Source: Paludibacteraceae bacterium (lineage in GTDB: Bacteria; Bacillota; Clostridia; Lachnospirales; Lachnospiraceae). Taken from it: DNA of 64,000 nt. The notes below the pieces were generated by a model, which worked only from the letters and a program-made list of their open reading frames with translations, made no database searches and was not told the DNA's origin. Below are positions 38,430 through 48,819 of this stretch, piece by piece. The DNA lies in NCBI GenBank assembly GCA_963629395.1, contig CAVGIV010000004.1, positions 2,095 to 66,094 on the forward strand. Direction: 5' to 3'. A program made the position numbers and the translations under genes. Within the stretch, counting starts at the first letter, position 1. Every line of letters starts with the position of its first letter.

Positions 38430-39302
38430 ATGATAACAGGGAATACGCAGGCAGCCCGCAAGAGCGCTTTTGGCTGTGCCGGTCGTTTTTTGATCTGCCT
38501 TGGACTTTGCCTTGCGCTTTTTAGCTGCAGCAGGCTTTCTGTCCGGGCAGCACAGACGGCGCTTCCGCCGGTGCCAAACTGCATGATCACCTATGATTTC
38601 GGTGGCGGACGGCAGTACGTGGTTACGCCGGAGCTGGCGATGACGGTTATGGTGACCAATGAGGACGGCAGCTACTATATTGACCCGGCAACCGGCTACT
38701 ACGTCTGTGACTCCAATAAGCTCCGCAGCTTCTTTTCCGGTCTTCAGAACCTGTTCCCGCCCTCCGGAGGCGTCAATACCGCAGGCTTCCAGAAAACGGA
38801 CGGAACCTATATTCCGGTGGACGGAACCTTTCAGAATACGGGTTACATAGACGTTGAGTATGAAATCAACTATCTGGCCGCTGCCATCATGTATCAGAAA
38901 ACCGAGACACATGTTCCGGTGACACGGTGCGGCGGGACATATGTTGAGATTGACATTTCCAATCAGATTCTATATTACTATGAGAACGGTACGCGCAGAT
39001 TCACAACATCGGTTGTGACCGGCAATCACAGACTCGGACACGATACCCCCACCGGTGTCTATCATATCCTTGGCAAACAGCGCAATATTACGCTGGTCGG
39101 TGCAGGATATGCCTCTCCGGTGAAGTACTGGATGAATTTTATCGGCAACAGCATTGGACTGCATGACGCGAACTGGCGTTCCAGCTTTGGCGGCAGCATC
39201 TATCTGACCAATGGATCGCATGGGTGCGTCAATATTCCGCCGGCTGTCATGCCGGAGCTGTACGGAATGGTTTCTGTCGGAACGCCGGTTGTGTTGTACT
39301 GA
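38430..39302 (+). CDS. L,D-transpeptidase (YkuD) family protein with N-terminal signal/anchor
   Basis: C-terminal YkuD domain with catalytic GSHGCVN and GLHDANW. Confidence 0.85.
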   Translation: MITGNTQAARKSAFGCAGRFLICLGLCLALFSCSRLSVRAAQTALPPVPNCMITYDFGGGRQYVVTPELAMTVMVTNEDGSYYIDPATGYYVCDSNKLRSFFSGLQNLFPPSGGVNTAGFQKTDGTYIPVDGTFQNTGYIDVEYEINYLAAAIMYQKTETHVPVTRCGGTYVEIDISNQILYYYENGTRRFTTSVVTGNHRLGHDTPTGVYHILGKQRNITLVGAGYASPVKYWMNFIGNSIGLHDANWRSSFGGSIYLTNGSHGCVNIPPAVMPELYGMVSVGTPVVLY

Positions 39303-39342
39303 TAATATGCATGTCAATATTGGCAGCAAGAGGAGGATGATC

Positions 39343-40422
39343 ATGAGTAGAGTGTATAATTTCTCAGCAGGTCCCGCGATGCTTCCGGAGGAAGTGTTGC
39401 AGACAGCAGCCAGTGAAATGCTGGACTATCATGGATGCGGAATGTCCGTGATGGAAATGTCACACCGCAGCAAGGTGTTCGATGCTCTCATCAAGGAGAC
39501 GGAGGCTGATTTCCGGTCACTGGTTGGTGTGCCGGACAATTATAAGGTCCTGTTTTTGCAGGGAGGCGCCTCTACCCAGTTTGCAGCTGTTCCCATGAAT
39601 CTTATGCGCAACAAAAAGGCTGCCTATGTCGTCACCGGCCAGTGGGCCAAGAAAGCCTGGAAGGAAGCGCAGAAGTACGGCGAGGCCATTAAGGTGGCAT
39701 CCTCCGAGGATCAGAATTTCTCCTATATTCCGGACTGCAGTGATCTGGATATTCCGGAGGACGCAGATTACCTCTATATCTGCGAGAACAACACCATTTA
39801 CGGAACCGAGTATTTCAAGCTTCCCAACACAAAGGGACACGAGCTTGTGGCGGATGTATCCTCCAATTTCCTTTCCCGTCCGATTGATGTGAATAAGTAC
39901 GGAATGTTCTACGGCGGCGTACAGAAGAACGTAGGTCCTGCCGGCGTGGTGATTGCCGTTATTCGCGAGGATCTGATCCGTGATGATCTGGACAGCTTTG
40001 TTCCGACGATGCTCCAGTATAAAACGCAGGCCGATAAGGATTCCCTGTACAACACACCTCCTTGCTACAACATTTATATCTGCGGTCTGGTCTTTAAGTG
40101 GATCATGAAGCAGGGTGGTCTGGAGGGAATTGCCAGACACAATGAGGAAAAGGCAAAGATTTTCTACGATTACCTGGATGAGTCCAGACTCTTTAAGGGA
40201 ACCGTGCGCAGAGAGGATCGCTCTCTTATGAATGCGCCGTTTGTGACCGGCGATGCCGATCTGGATGCAGCCTTTGTAAAGGAAGCGGCTGAGAATGGTC
40301 TGGTTTCCCTCAAGGGACACCGCACCGTGGGCGGCATGCGTGCCTCCATGTATAACGCGATGCCGATTGAAGGCGTGGAAAAGCTGGTTTCCTTTATGAA
40401 GGAATTTGAGGCAAGACACTGA
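39343..40422 (+). CDS. serC: Phosphoserine aminotransferase
   Basis: VYNFSAGPAMLPEEVL, FLQGGASTQF, QKNVGPAGV, GHRTVGGMRASMYNAM. AGGAGG lies 6 nt upstream of ATG 39343. Confidence 0.9.
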   Translation: MSRVYNFSAGPAMLPEEVLQTAASEMLDYHGCGMSVMEMSHRSKVFDALIKETEADFRSLVGVPDNYKVLFLQGGASTQFAAVPMNLMRNKKAAYVVTGQWAKKAWKEAQKYGEAIKVASSEDQNFSYIPDCSDLDIPEDADYLYICENNTIYGTEYFKLPNTKGHELVADVSSNFLSRPIDVNKYGMFYGGVQKNVGPAGVVIAVIREDLIRDDLDSFVPTMLQYKTQADKDSLYNTPPCYNIYICGLVFKWIMKQGGLEGIARHNEEKAKIFYDYLDESRLFKGTVRREDRSLMNAPFVTGDADLDAAFVKEAAENGLVSLKGHRTVGGMRASMYNAMPIEGVEKLVSFMKEFEARH

Positions 40423-40450
40423 TACAAGAGTGCCGGAAAAGGAGAGTATT

Positions 40451-41614
40451 GTGTTTCATTACGCAGAACTGAACAACATTTCTTCCGTTGGAACCGGGCG
40501 GTTTGATTCGAATTTTGCCAAAACCGAGAAGCTGGAGGAAGCAGACGGCATTCTGGTGCGCAGTGCCAAGATGCATGAGATGGAATTCTCTGATTCGCTT
40601 CTTGCCATTGCCAGAGCCGGAGCCGGTGTCAACAACATTCCGCTGGATCGCTGTGCGGAGAAGGGCATCGTTGTTTTCAACACACCGGGAGCGAACGCAA
40701 ACGGAGTGAAGGAGCTGGTCATTGCAGGCATGCTGCTGGCCTCCCGCGACATCGTAGAGGGTGTTGACTGGGCACGCTCCAACTGGAACAACCCGGACAT
40801 TGTCGCCCAGGTTGAAAAAGAAAAAAAGCAGTTTGCAGGGACCGAGCTGGAGGGCAAAAAGCTCGGCATCATAGGACTCGGTGCCATCGGCGTACGCGTG
40901 GCCAATGCCGCTGTATACCTTGGAATGGATGTGTACGGCTATGATCCATACGTCGGCGTCGACAACGCATGGCACCTTTCCCGAAAGGTTACCCATGTAA
41001 CAGACATCAATGAGATTTATCGCAATTGCGATTTCATTACCATTCATGTGCCGGCGATGGAATCAACCAAGGGCTACATTTCGGCCGATGCCATTGCGCA
41101 GATGAAAAAGGGCGTTATCGTCCTGAATATGGCAAGAGACGTTCTGGTGGATGAAAAGGCCATGATTGCAGCCATTGATGACGGTCGTGTTCGCCGCTAC
41201 GTTTCCGATTTCCCGAATCCTACCGTTGCCGGACACCGCGGCTGCATCACAACACCGCACCTGGGCGCTTCCACCGAAGAGTCCGAGACCAATTGTGCAA
41301 TTATGGCAGTGGATGAGCTGCAGGACTATCTGGAAAATGGCAACATTACACATTCCGTAAATTATCCGGACTGCCAGGTTGGCGTCTGCACCAGGCAGGG
41401 TCGTGTGGCCATTCTCCATAAGAATGTAGCCAACATGATCACGGGCTTTACATCCATTATGGGAAGTGCCGGCATCAACATCGCAGAGATGACCAATAAG
41501 TCCAGAGGAGATGTTGCGTATACGGTTCTGGATCTGGATTCTGCGGTTTCCGGCGATGTGGCAGACAAGCTTGCCGCTGTAGATGGCGTATTCCGTGTGC
41601 GAGTAATCAAGTAA
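40451..41614 (+). CDS. serA: D-3-phosphoglycerate dehydrogenase with C-terminal ACT domain
   Basis: RAGAGVNNI, GIIGLGAIG, HLGASTEES, then an ACT-like tail. GTG 40451 is preceded by AAAGGAGAG. Start is uncertain. Confidence 0.85.
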   Translation: MFHYAELNNISSVGTGRFDSNFAKTEKLEEADGILVRSAKMHEMEFSDSLLAIARAGAGVNNIPLDRCAEKGIVVFNTPGANANGVKELVIAGMLLASRDIVEGVDWARSNWNNPDIVAQVEKEKKQFAGTELEGKKLGIIGLGAIGVRVANAAVYLGMDVYGYDPYVGVDNAWHLSRKVTHVTDINEIYRNCDFITIHVPAMESTKGYISADAIAQMKKGVIVLNMARDVLVDEKAMIAAIDDGRVRRYVSDFPNPTVAGHRGCITTPHLGASTEESETNCAIMAVDELQDYLENGNITHSVNYPDCQVGVCTRQGRVAILHKNVANMITGFTSIMGSAGINIAEMTNKSRGDVAYTVLDLDSAVSGDVADKLAAVDGVFRVRVIK

Positions 41615-41623
41615 GAGGTAACT

Positions 41624-42859
41624 ATGGCAGTAATTCGAGCATTTCGGGCGTTTCGGCCTGCGCCGGAGCTGGCAGAGAGCGTAGCCGCGCTTCCCTACGA
41701 TGTATATTCGCGGGCAGAGGCAAAGGCCTACGTGGCAGAGCATCCCGCATCCTTCCTGGGAATTGACCGGGCAGAGTCTACGCTTCCGGATGAGGTCGGC
41801 ACCTACGATGAGTGCGTTTATCAGCATGCCAAAGAGCTTTTGGACGCAGCCATTCTGGATGGTACATTCCGGCAGGATGACAAGCCCTGCTTTTATCTGT
41901 ATGAGCAGCTCTGGAAGGGTCGGTCACAGACCGGAATTGTTGCCTGTGCATCCATCGATGACTATGTAAACGGTGTTATTAAGAAGCACGAGAATACCGT
42001 AGAAGCAAAGGAGCAGGACCGTATTCACCACGTGGATACGTGCGGTGCTCAGACAGGGCCTATTTTCCTGACCTATCGGGAGGATCCGGTGCTCTCGCTT
42101 ATAAAGGAGCGGGTAAAAAGCTCCCGGCCGGTCTATGACTTTGTCGCGGACGGTGATGTTGCCAATCGCGTCTGGGTGATTGACGAGGCCGGTGACATCG
42201 CTGCCATTCAAAGCGCCTTTGCGGGTATTCACGGGCTCTACATTGCTGACGGTCATCACCGCGCGGCGTCTGCTGTAAAGGTGGGACTGAAGCGGCGCAG
42301 CCAGCTGCCGGGGTATACCGGAGAGGAGGAATTCAATTTCTTCCTCAGTGTCCTTTTCCCGGAGAATGAGCTGGAAATCCTGGATTACAACCGTGTGGTA
42401 AAGGATCTTGGCGGTATGAGCCGGGGAGAGATTCTGGGCGCTCTGCGTCCGAATTTTAACATAACGCCGTATCGAAAGACTGTAGCAAGGCCCTCTGTAA
42501 AGGGTGAGATTGGTATGTATCTGGAGCATTCCTGGTTCCTGTTGTCTGCCAAAAATCACATCAAAAGCGCTGATCCTGTGAAGGGAATGGATGTTTCCAT
42601 TCTTCAGGACAGAGTGCTGGGACCGATGTTTGGAATTGAGGATCCGCGAACCGATGATCGCATTGAATTTGTCGGCGGAATCCGAGGCACGGAGGCCTTG
42701 ACGGCTCGCGCTGATGAAACAGGTGGCGCAGCCTTTTTGATGCATCCTACCTCCATCCGGGAGCTTCTGGCGGTTGCAGATGCAGGACTTCTCATGCCGC
42801 CCAAATCGACCTGGTTTGAGCCGAAGCTTTTATCCGGACTTTTTCTGCATCAGATATGA
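41624..42859 (+). CDS. DUF1015 family protein (commonly linked to serA/serC)
   Basis: ALPYDVYSRAEA, IADGHHRAASA, 411 aa. Confidence 0.8.
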   Translation: MAVIRAFRAFRPAPELAESVAALPYDVYSRAEAKAYVAEHPASFLGIDRAESTLPDEVGTYDECVYQHAKELLDAAILDGTFRQDDKPCFYLYEQLWKGRSQTGIVACASIDDYVNGVIKKHENTVEAKEQDRIHHVDTCGAQTGPIFLTYREDPVLSLIKERVKSSRPVYDFVADGDVANRVWVIDEAGDIAAIQSAFAGIHGLYIADGHHRAASAVKVGLKRRSQLPGYTGEEEFNFFLSVLFPENELEILDYNRVVKDLGGMSRGEILGALRPNFNITPYRKTVARPSVKGEIGMYLEHSWFLLSAKNHIKSADPVKGMDVSILQDRVLGPMFGIEDPRTDDRIEFVGGIRGTEALTARADETGGAAFLMHPTSIRELLAVADAGLLMPPKSTWFEPKLLSGLFLHQI

Positions 42860-42867
42860 AGTTTTGC

Positions 42868-42896
42868 TTGCAATCCATTTGGGCAGCCTGTATAAT
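42868..42896 (+). promoter_or_regulatory. Sigma-A promoter for the tRNA-Thr gene
   Basis: TTGCAA (42868-42873), 17-nt spacer, TATAAT (42891-42896). Confidence 0.6.
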
Positions 42897-42933
42897 AACG
42901 AGCGTTCGGTTGCTTGCGCAGCTGAACGCGTAT

Positions 42934-43006
42934 GCTGGAATAGCGCAGTTGGTAGCGCAACTGATTCGTAATCAGTAGGTCGAGGGTTCAAGTCCCTTTT
43001 CCAGCT
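42934..43006 (+). tRNA. tRNA-Thr (anticodon CGU), no encoded CCA
   Basis: Manual cloverleaf: acceptor GCTGGAA/TTCCAGC, D arm GCGC-AGTTGGTA-GCGC, anticodon arm ACTGA-TTCGTAA-TCAGT, T arm GAGGG-TTCAAGT-CCCTT. Confidence 0.9.
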
Positions 43007-43012
43007 CGAAGG

Positions 43013-43041
43013 GGCCCTGCTTGCGAAAGCGGGGCTTTTTT
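43013..43041 (+). terminator. Rho-independent terminator after tRNA-Thr
   Basis: GCCCTGC-ttgcgaaa-GCGGGGC stem followed by TTTTTT. Confidence 0.6.
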
Positions 43042-43105
43042 CGTACCAGGAGAAATAGGCGTAACTGTTTCGCAATCATGCGTGCACTGAAACGAAAGGG
43101 ATATT

Positions 43106-44500
43106 ATGGCACAGCTCTGGGGCGGACGTTTTACCAAGGCAACGGATGACCTTGTAAAGAAATTCAACGATTCCATTGGCTTTGATAAGCGTCTCTGGAA
43201 GGAAGATATTGAAGGAAGTATTGCCCATGCAACCATGCTGGGACGTCAGGGAATTCTGACCAAGGAGGAATCCGAACACATTCTGGAGGGTCTTCTTGGC
43301 ATCCGGGAGGATATTGCCTCCGGGAAGCTTCCGATCACCGACGAATATGAGGATATTCACAGCTTTGTAGAGGCCAATCTGATTGACCGCATCGGAGACG
43401 ATGGTAAAAAGCTCCACACCGGCCGCTCACGCAACGATCAGGTGGCACTGGATATGCGCCTGTTCACCAGACGGGCGGTGCAGGAGACGAGGGAGGCGCT
43501 TTTAGAGCTCTTGCAGGTTATCCTGGATATTATGGAAGCCAATAAAGAGACGTACATGCCTGGCTTTACGCACCTGCAAAAGGCACAGCCGGTTACACTG
43601 GCGCATCACTTCGGTGCCTATTTTGAAATGCTTCGCCGGGATGTCACCCGTATGGAGGATACCGCGCGCCGCCTGAACGAATGCCCGCTGGGAGCCGGAG
43701 CACTCGCCGGAACAACCTATCCTTTGGACCGGGAATTCACAGCGGAAAGTCTTTCCTTTGACTGTGCGACCCGCAACAGCATGGACTCCGTATCTGACAG
43801 GGATTATGCCATTGAATTCCTTAGCGATCTTTCGCTTGTGATGGTGCATTTGAGCCGGATGAGTGAGGAGATCATCATCTGGAACAGCAATGAGTACCGC
43901 TTTGTAGAGATTGACGATGGGTACTCCACCGGCAGCAGCATCATGCCGCAGAAAAAGAATCCCGATGTTGCAGAGCTTATTCGCGGCAAGACCGGACGCG
44001 TGTACGGTGATCTGATGAGCCTTCTGACCACAATGAAAGCCATTCCTCTTGCCTACGATAAGGACATGCAGGAGGACAAGGAGCCGGTGTTCGATGCGTT
44101 TGATTCGGTTTCCATGTGCATTCGGCTGATGAGCGGTATGCTGGCTTCCCTTACCTTCCGCAGGGATGTAATGGAAAAGAGTGCGCAAAACGGCTTTACC
44201 AATGCTACAGATGCGGCCGATTATCTGGTGGGAAAGGGCGTTCCCTTCCGCGATGCCCATGCGGTGATCGGGCGAATGGTGCTTCATTGCATTGATGTAA
44301 GCAAGAGCCTGGATCAGCTTACGCTGGAGGAGTTCAAGAGTTTTTCACCGGAATTTGACACAGATATCTACGATGCAATTTCCCTGAAAACGTGCGTCGA
44401 CAAGAGGCTGACAGTCGGAGCGCCCGGCGCCCGCGCCATGGAAGAGGAGATTGCTGCGTCTCGCGCGTGGCTTTTGAAAGAGCAGGATTCGCAAGAATAG
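43106..44500 (+). CDS. argH: Argininosuccinate lyase
   Basis: LWGGRFTKATDD, TGRSRNDQVA, GYSTGSSIMPQKKNPD signature. Confidence 0.95.
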   Translation: MAQLWGGRFTKATDDLVKKFNDSIGFDKRLWKEDIEGSIAHATMLGRQGILTKEESEHILEGLLGIREDIASGKLPITDEYEDIHSFVEANLIDRIGDDGKKLHTGRSRNDQVALDMRLFTRRAVQETREALLELLQVILDIMEANKETYMPGFTHLQKAQPVTLAHHFGAYFEMLRRDVTRMEDTARRLNECPLGAGALAGTTYPLDREFTAESLSFDCATRNSMDSVSDRDYAIEFLSDLSLVMVHLSRMSEEIIIWNSNEYRFVEIDDGYSTGSSIMPQKKNPDVAELIRGKTGRVYGDLMSLLTTMKAIPLAYDKDMQEDKEPVFDAFDSVSMCIRLMSGMLASLTFRRDVMEKSAQNGFTNATDAADYLVGKGVPFRDAHAVIGRMVLHCIDVSKSLDQLTLEEFKSFSPEFDTDIYDAISLKTCVDKRLTVGAPGARAMEEEIAASRAWLLKEQDSQE

Positions 44501-44513
44501 AAAAGAGGACGAT

Positions 44514-45596
44514 ATGGAAAAGCTTAGAGTTGGTGTTTTAGGCGGAACCGGAATGGTTGGACAGCGTTTCATCCAGATTCTGGAGAATCATCCCTGGTTC
44601 GAGGTCACAGAAATTGCTGCCAGCGCCCGTAGCGCAGGAAAAACCTACGGCGAAGCTGTAGAAGGCAGATGGAAGCTGGACGGAGAGGTTCCTGCCTCGG
44701 TAAAGGACATTGTCATTCGCGATATCGATGACGTAGAGAGCATTGCAGAAAGGGTTGATTTTGTCCTTTCCGCCGTCAACATGTCCAAAGAGGAAATCCG
44801 TAGCATCGAAGAAGCATACGCCAAGACAGAGACGCCGGTCGTCTCCAACAACAGTGCTCATCGCTGGACCCCGGATGTCCCGATGATCGTTCCGGAGATT
44901 AACCCGCAGCACGCGGATGTCATTTCCTTCCAGAAAAAGCGTCTCGGAACAACCAGAGGCTTCATTGCCGTAAAGCCGAACTGCTCCATTCAGAGCTATA
45001 CACCGGCCCTTGCTGCCTGGAAGGAATTCGAGCCCTATGAAGTGGTAGCCACCACCTATCAGGCAATTTCCGGTGCCGGCAAGACCTTCAAGGATTGGCC
45101 GGAGATGAACGGCAATATCATCCCCTACATCAGCGGTGAGGAGGAAAAGTCAGAGCGCGAGCCCCTTCGCATTTTCGGCCACATCGAAAACGGTGTCATT
45201 GTTCCGGCAGAGTCTCCGCTGATCACCTGCCAGTGCATCCGTGTTCCGGTTCTGTACGGACACACCGCGGCTGCATTTGTCCGCTTTAAAAAGGATCCCT
45301 CCAAGGAAGAGCTCATTGAAAAGCTTCGCAGCTTCCGTGGCGTTCCGCAGGAATTGAAGCTTCCGAGCGCACCGGAGCACTTCATTCAATATCTGGAGGA
45401 CGATGATCGTCCGCAGGTTGCCAAGGATGTCAACTATGAAGGCGGCATGGGTGTTTCCATCGGACGTCTTCGCAAGGATACAATGTTCGACTGGAAGTTC
45501 GTCGGTCTCTCACACAACACGCTGCGCGGCGCAGCCGGCGGTGCTGTAGAATGCGCAGAGCTTCTGACAGCGCTTCACTACATCGAGCATAAGTAA
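44514..45596 (+). CDS. asd: Aspartate-semialdehyde dehydrogenase
   Basis: VGVLGGTGMVGQRF, KPNCSIQ active-site Cys, QAISGAG, C-terminal LRGAAGGAV. Confidence 0.9.
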   Translation: MEKLRVGVLGGTGMVGQRFIQILENHPWFEVTEIAASARSAGKTYGEAVEGRWKLDGEVPASVKDIVIRDIDDVESIAERVDFVLSAVNMSKEEIRSIEEAYAKTETPVVSNNSAHRWTPDVPMIVPEINPQHADVISFQKKRLGTTRGFIAVKPNCSIQSYTPALAAWKEFEPYEVVATTYQAISGAGKTFKDWPEMNGNIIPYISGEEEKSEREPLRIFGHIENGVIVPAESPLITCQCIRVPVLYGHTAAAFVRFKKDPSKEELIEKLRSFRGVPQELKLPSAPEHFIQYLEDDDRPQVAKDVNYEGGMGVSIGRLRKDTMFDWKFVGLSHNTLRGAAGGAVECAELLTALHYIEHK

Positions 45597-45677
45597 TCGT
45601 AACCATTGGGAGACAGAGGGTTTATGAGTCTCCATCTGATACCGGCATAGCTGCGCTGCAGATCATCCGGACTGACT

Positions 45678-45729
45678 CATCCTGCATAGCGGGGACTGCG
45701 TGGTCCCCACTGTGCAGGATGTTTTGTCT
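45678..45729 (+). terminator. Strong Rho-independent terminator after asd
   Basis: 19-nt arms CATCCTGCATAGCGGGGAC / GTCCCCACTGTGCAGGATG followed by TTTTGTCTT. Confidence 0.8.
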
Positions 45730-45853
45730 TTGACCCCCCCGGGTATCATAGAGTCAAACGTGCGTTTGACCCCCAAATCATAAAGGGGTAATTGTCTGGC
45801 ACCCATCTCGATTTTTCTTCGGAAAACCTCGATGCGGCAAAAGGGAGAACAGC

Positions 45854-48007
45854 TTGGGAAAACGAGTATTCATTGCAGAAAAGCCGAGCGTGGCAAAGGA
45901 CTTTGCCAAGGCGCTCCATGAGAACTTTGTCAATCGGGACGGCTACCAGGAGTCCGAGCAAAGTATCGTAACCTGGTGCTTTGGACATCTTGTAACCATG
46001 AGCTATCCGGAGGCGTACGATCCCAAATATAAAAAATGGTCGCTGGATACCATTCCTTTCATCCCGGAAACATATCTTTATCAGGTCATCGATGATTCCG
46101 GAGTCCGCAAGCAGTTTAAGACAGTAAAGAGCATCCTCACCTCCGCTGAGGTTGACACCATCTACATCTGCACAGACTCCGGGCGCGAGGGAGAATACAT
46201 TTATCGCCTCGTTGCCGACCAGGCAGGCGTCAAGGGCAAGCGGCAGCTTCGCGTCTGGATCGATTCCTTCACAGAGGCGGAAATCACAAGAGGAATCCGC
46301 GAGGCCAAGGATGACAGTGCCTACGACAATATGGGAGCGGCGGCCTATCTGCGCGCCAAGGAGGATTACCTCATGGGAATCAATTTTTCCCGGGCCTTAA
46401 CGCTCAAATACGCCGGAGGGATCCGGGATTTTCTCGGGATGGACCGATGCGTCATCGCGGTCGGCCGCGTCATGACCTGCGTTCTGGGCATGGTTGTGCG
46501 AAGAGAGCGCGAGATCCGCTCCTTTGTCAAAACGCCCTTTTTCCGTGTCATCGGCACCTTTTCTCCGGCGCAGGGGAATGCCTCGTTCTCCGAACGGCCT
46601 GCAGATACCTTTGAGGCAGAATGGGCCGCGAAGGAGGGCAGCCGCTATTACCAGTCGCCCCTGCTGTATAAGGAAAACGGTTTCCGCAAGGCAGAGGATG
46701 CCGCGGAGCTTATCCGCTACCTGCAGTCGGACGAGGACGGATCGGCGGCTCCCTTTGTAAAGAACATCGCTCACAAGCAGGAAAAAAAGAACCCGCCGCT
46801 TCTTTACAATCTTGCCGAGCTGCAAAATGACTGCTCACGCTTTTTCAAGCTGAGCCCGGATCAAACGCTGGATGCCGCACAGACGCTGTATGAAAGAAAG
46901 CTGACGACCTATCCCAGAACGGATGCAAGAGTGCTCTCTACCGCAGTTGCCAAGGAAATTGACCATAATCTCAAGGGGATTGGGTCTCTTCCGGCTTACC
47001 GGGAGCTCGTGCGCAGCATTGCTCAAAGCGGCTCCTGGAAAACCATTGCCAAAACGCGCTACACAAACGACAAGGCCATCACGGATCACTATGCCATTAT
47101 CCCGACCGGTGAGGGTCTGTCTGCCCTAAAGAGCTTGAATCCCACGCTGCAAAAGGTTTATGACCGAATTGTGCGGCGCTTTCTTTCCGTCTTTTATCCG
47201 GCTGCCGTGTTTGATAAAATGACACTGCAGGTGGGCATTAAAAAGGAAACGCTCACCGCATCGCTCCGTGTAAACCGGGAAAAGGGCTACCTTGTGTGCC
47301 TGGAGCGTGCATCGGCAGCCGGGAGTGCGGATTCTCTGCAGACAAAGCAGGGTCAGCAGGAGAGCTCCCTTCCCTCGGAGCAGACCGAAAAAGGCGACGA
47401 GGACGGGGCCGAAAACGCTAATCTGGAGGAGCTTATCAAGGCCCTTCGGAAAAAGGATCCTCTGTCGCTGGTTTCCCTTCAGCAAAAGGAGGGCGAAACC
47501 ACGCCGCCCAAGCGCTACACCGGCGGCAGCATGATTCTGGCAATGGAAAACGCCGGTCAGCTTATTGAGGACGATGAGCTGCGGGAGCAGATCAAGGGCT
47601 CCGGCATCGGCACCAGTGCGACCAGAGCCGGAATTCTGGAGAAGCTGGTGGGCAACCAGTATTTAAATCTCAATGCCAAAACACAAATATATACGCCAAC
47701 CCAGCTGGGAGAGATGATCTATGATACCGTAGCCATCTCGTTAAAGCCGCTCCTCGAGCCCAAGCTTACGGCCAGCTGGGAAAAGGGACTGACACAGGTG
47801 GCCGAGGGCACGACAACACCGGAGGAATACCAGGAGAAGCTTAACAGCTACGTCTCCAGGCGGACCAATGCCGTAAAGGCATCGGATTACCGGGGAACTT
47901 TGCAGAGCATGTATCGGGACTGCGCGCAGAATTACCCAAAGCCCATGCATTTTAAGTCCAGATATTCCTATGGCAAGACGGCCAAGGTGTCAAAGAAGTC
48001 GGAGTGA
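45854..48007 (+). CDS. topB: DNA topoisomerase III (type IA)
   Basis: Toprim N-terminus RVFIAEKPSVAKDFAKAL, TDSGREGE, active-site region LTTYPRTDA. TTG start. Confidence 0.9.
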   Translation: MGKRVFIAEKPSVAKDFAKALHENFVNRDGYQESEQSIVTWCFGHLVTMSYPEAYDPKYKKWSLDTIPFIPETYLYQVIDDSGVRKQFKTVKSILTSAEVDTIYICTDSGREGEYIYRLVADQAGVKGKRQLRVWIDSFTEAEITRGIREAKDDSAYDNMGAAAYLRAKEDYLMGINFSRALTLKYAGGIRDFLGMDRCVIAVGRVMTCVLGMVVRREREIRSFVKTPFFRVIGTFSPAQGNASFSERPADTFEAEWAAKEGSRYYQSPLLYKENGFRKAEDAAELIRYLQSDEDGSAAPFVKNIAHKQEKKNPPLLYNLAELQNDCSRFFKLSPDQTLDAAQTLYERKLTTYPRTDARVLSTAVAKEIDHNLKGIGSLPAYRELVRSIAQSGSWKTIAKTRYTNDKAITDHYAIIPTGEGLSALKSLNPTLQKVYDRIVRRFLSVFYPAAVFDKMTLQVGIKKETLTASLRVNREKGYLVCLERASAAGSADSLQTKQGQQESSLPSEQTEKGDEDGAENANLEELIKALRKKDPLSLVSLQQKEGETTPPKRYTGGSMILAMENAGQLIEDDELREQIKGSGIGTSATRAGILEKLVGNQYLNLNAKTQIYTPTQLGEMIYDTVAISLKPLLEPKLTASWEKGLTQVAEGTTTPEEYQEKLNSYVSRRTNAVKASDYRGTLQSMYRDCAQNYPKPMHFKSRYSYGKTAKVSKKSE

Positions 48008-48026
48008 TTGTCAGCATTGCCGACAA

Positions 48027-48059
48027 TTCACGTTGAAATATGGCAGGTGCGGAACAGAT
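48027..48059 (+). repeat. 33-nt conserved leader/promoter-proximal motif, copy B
   Basis: ttcacgttgaaatatggcaggtgcggaacagat is 31/33 identical to 10517-10549. Confidence 0.75.
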
Positions 48060-48092
48060 GAACATCAATTGGATGCAAAAGGAGAATGTGAC

Positions 48093-48764
48093 ATGATTTC
48101 AGATTATACGATTGCTAACTTGCTGGAGCTGGAGGAATCCATCGCAGGAGAGGCCCTAAAGGCATATACCTATCCCTGGGAGGTCCTTCCGCACATAGAG
48201 GAGATCATCCTGACGCTGGGAGAATCTCTCCCGGAGGAGCGCTTTGAAAAGCGCGGCGAGAATATATGGATTGCCAAAAGCGCCAGGGTATTTGACTCCG
48301 CCTACATTGCCGGTCCCTGCATCATCGATGAAGACGCCGAAATTCGTCAATGCGCCTTCATACGCGGAAAGGCACTGGTCGGCAAGGGCTGCGTTGTCGG
48401 AAATTCCTGCGAGCTTAAGAATGTTATTTTGTTCAATAAGTGCGAGGTGCCGCACTACAACTATGTCGGCGATTCCATTCTGGGCTTCCATGCGCACATG
48501 GGCGCCGGCTCCATTACGTCCAACATCAAGTCCGACCGCACCAATGTCGTGATTCATGACGAGGCGGAGAATGCGCCGACCGGCCTTCGCAAAATGGGAG
48601 CCATTCTTGGCGACTGGACCGAGATTGGCTGCAACAGCGTCTTAAATCCCGGCTCTGTCGTCGGCCGCCATTCCAACGTGTATCCGCTGTCCATGGTCCG
48701 CGGCTGTATTCCGGCCGGGCACATCTTTAAGGACAAGGATCACATTGCAGCCAAGCGCAGCTAA
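48093..48764 (+). CDS. Left-handed beta-helix (hexapeptide-repeat) protein, GlmU C-terminal-like
   Basis: Repeated [LIV]-G-x4 hexapeptides (VGKGCVVGNSCELKNVILFNKCEVPHYNYVGDSILG...). The ORF-track start at 47970 overlaps topB and is an extension. Confidence 0.7.
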   Translation: MISDYTIANLLELEESIAGEALKAYTYPWEVLPHIEEIILTLGESLPEERFEKRGENIWIAKSARVFDSAYIAGPCIIDEDAEIRQCAFIRGKALVGKGCVVGNSCELKNVILFNKCEVPHYNYVGDSILGFHAHMGAGSITSNIKSDRTNVVIHDEAENAPTGLRKMGAILGDWTEIGCNSVLNPGSVVGRHSNVYPLSMVRGCIPAGHIFKDKDHIAAKRS

Positions 48765-48819
48765 GGAATGGTTACAAAAATGGTTGCAGTGATTTATTCA
48801 GCATCTGCAGGAGAAATGC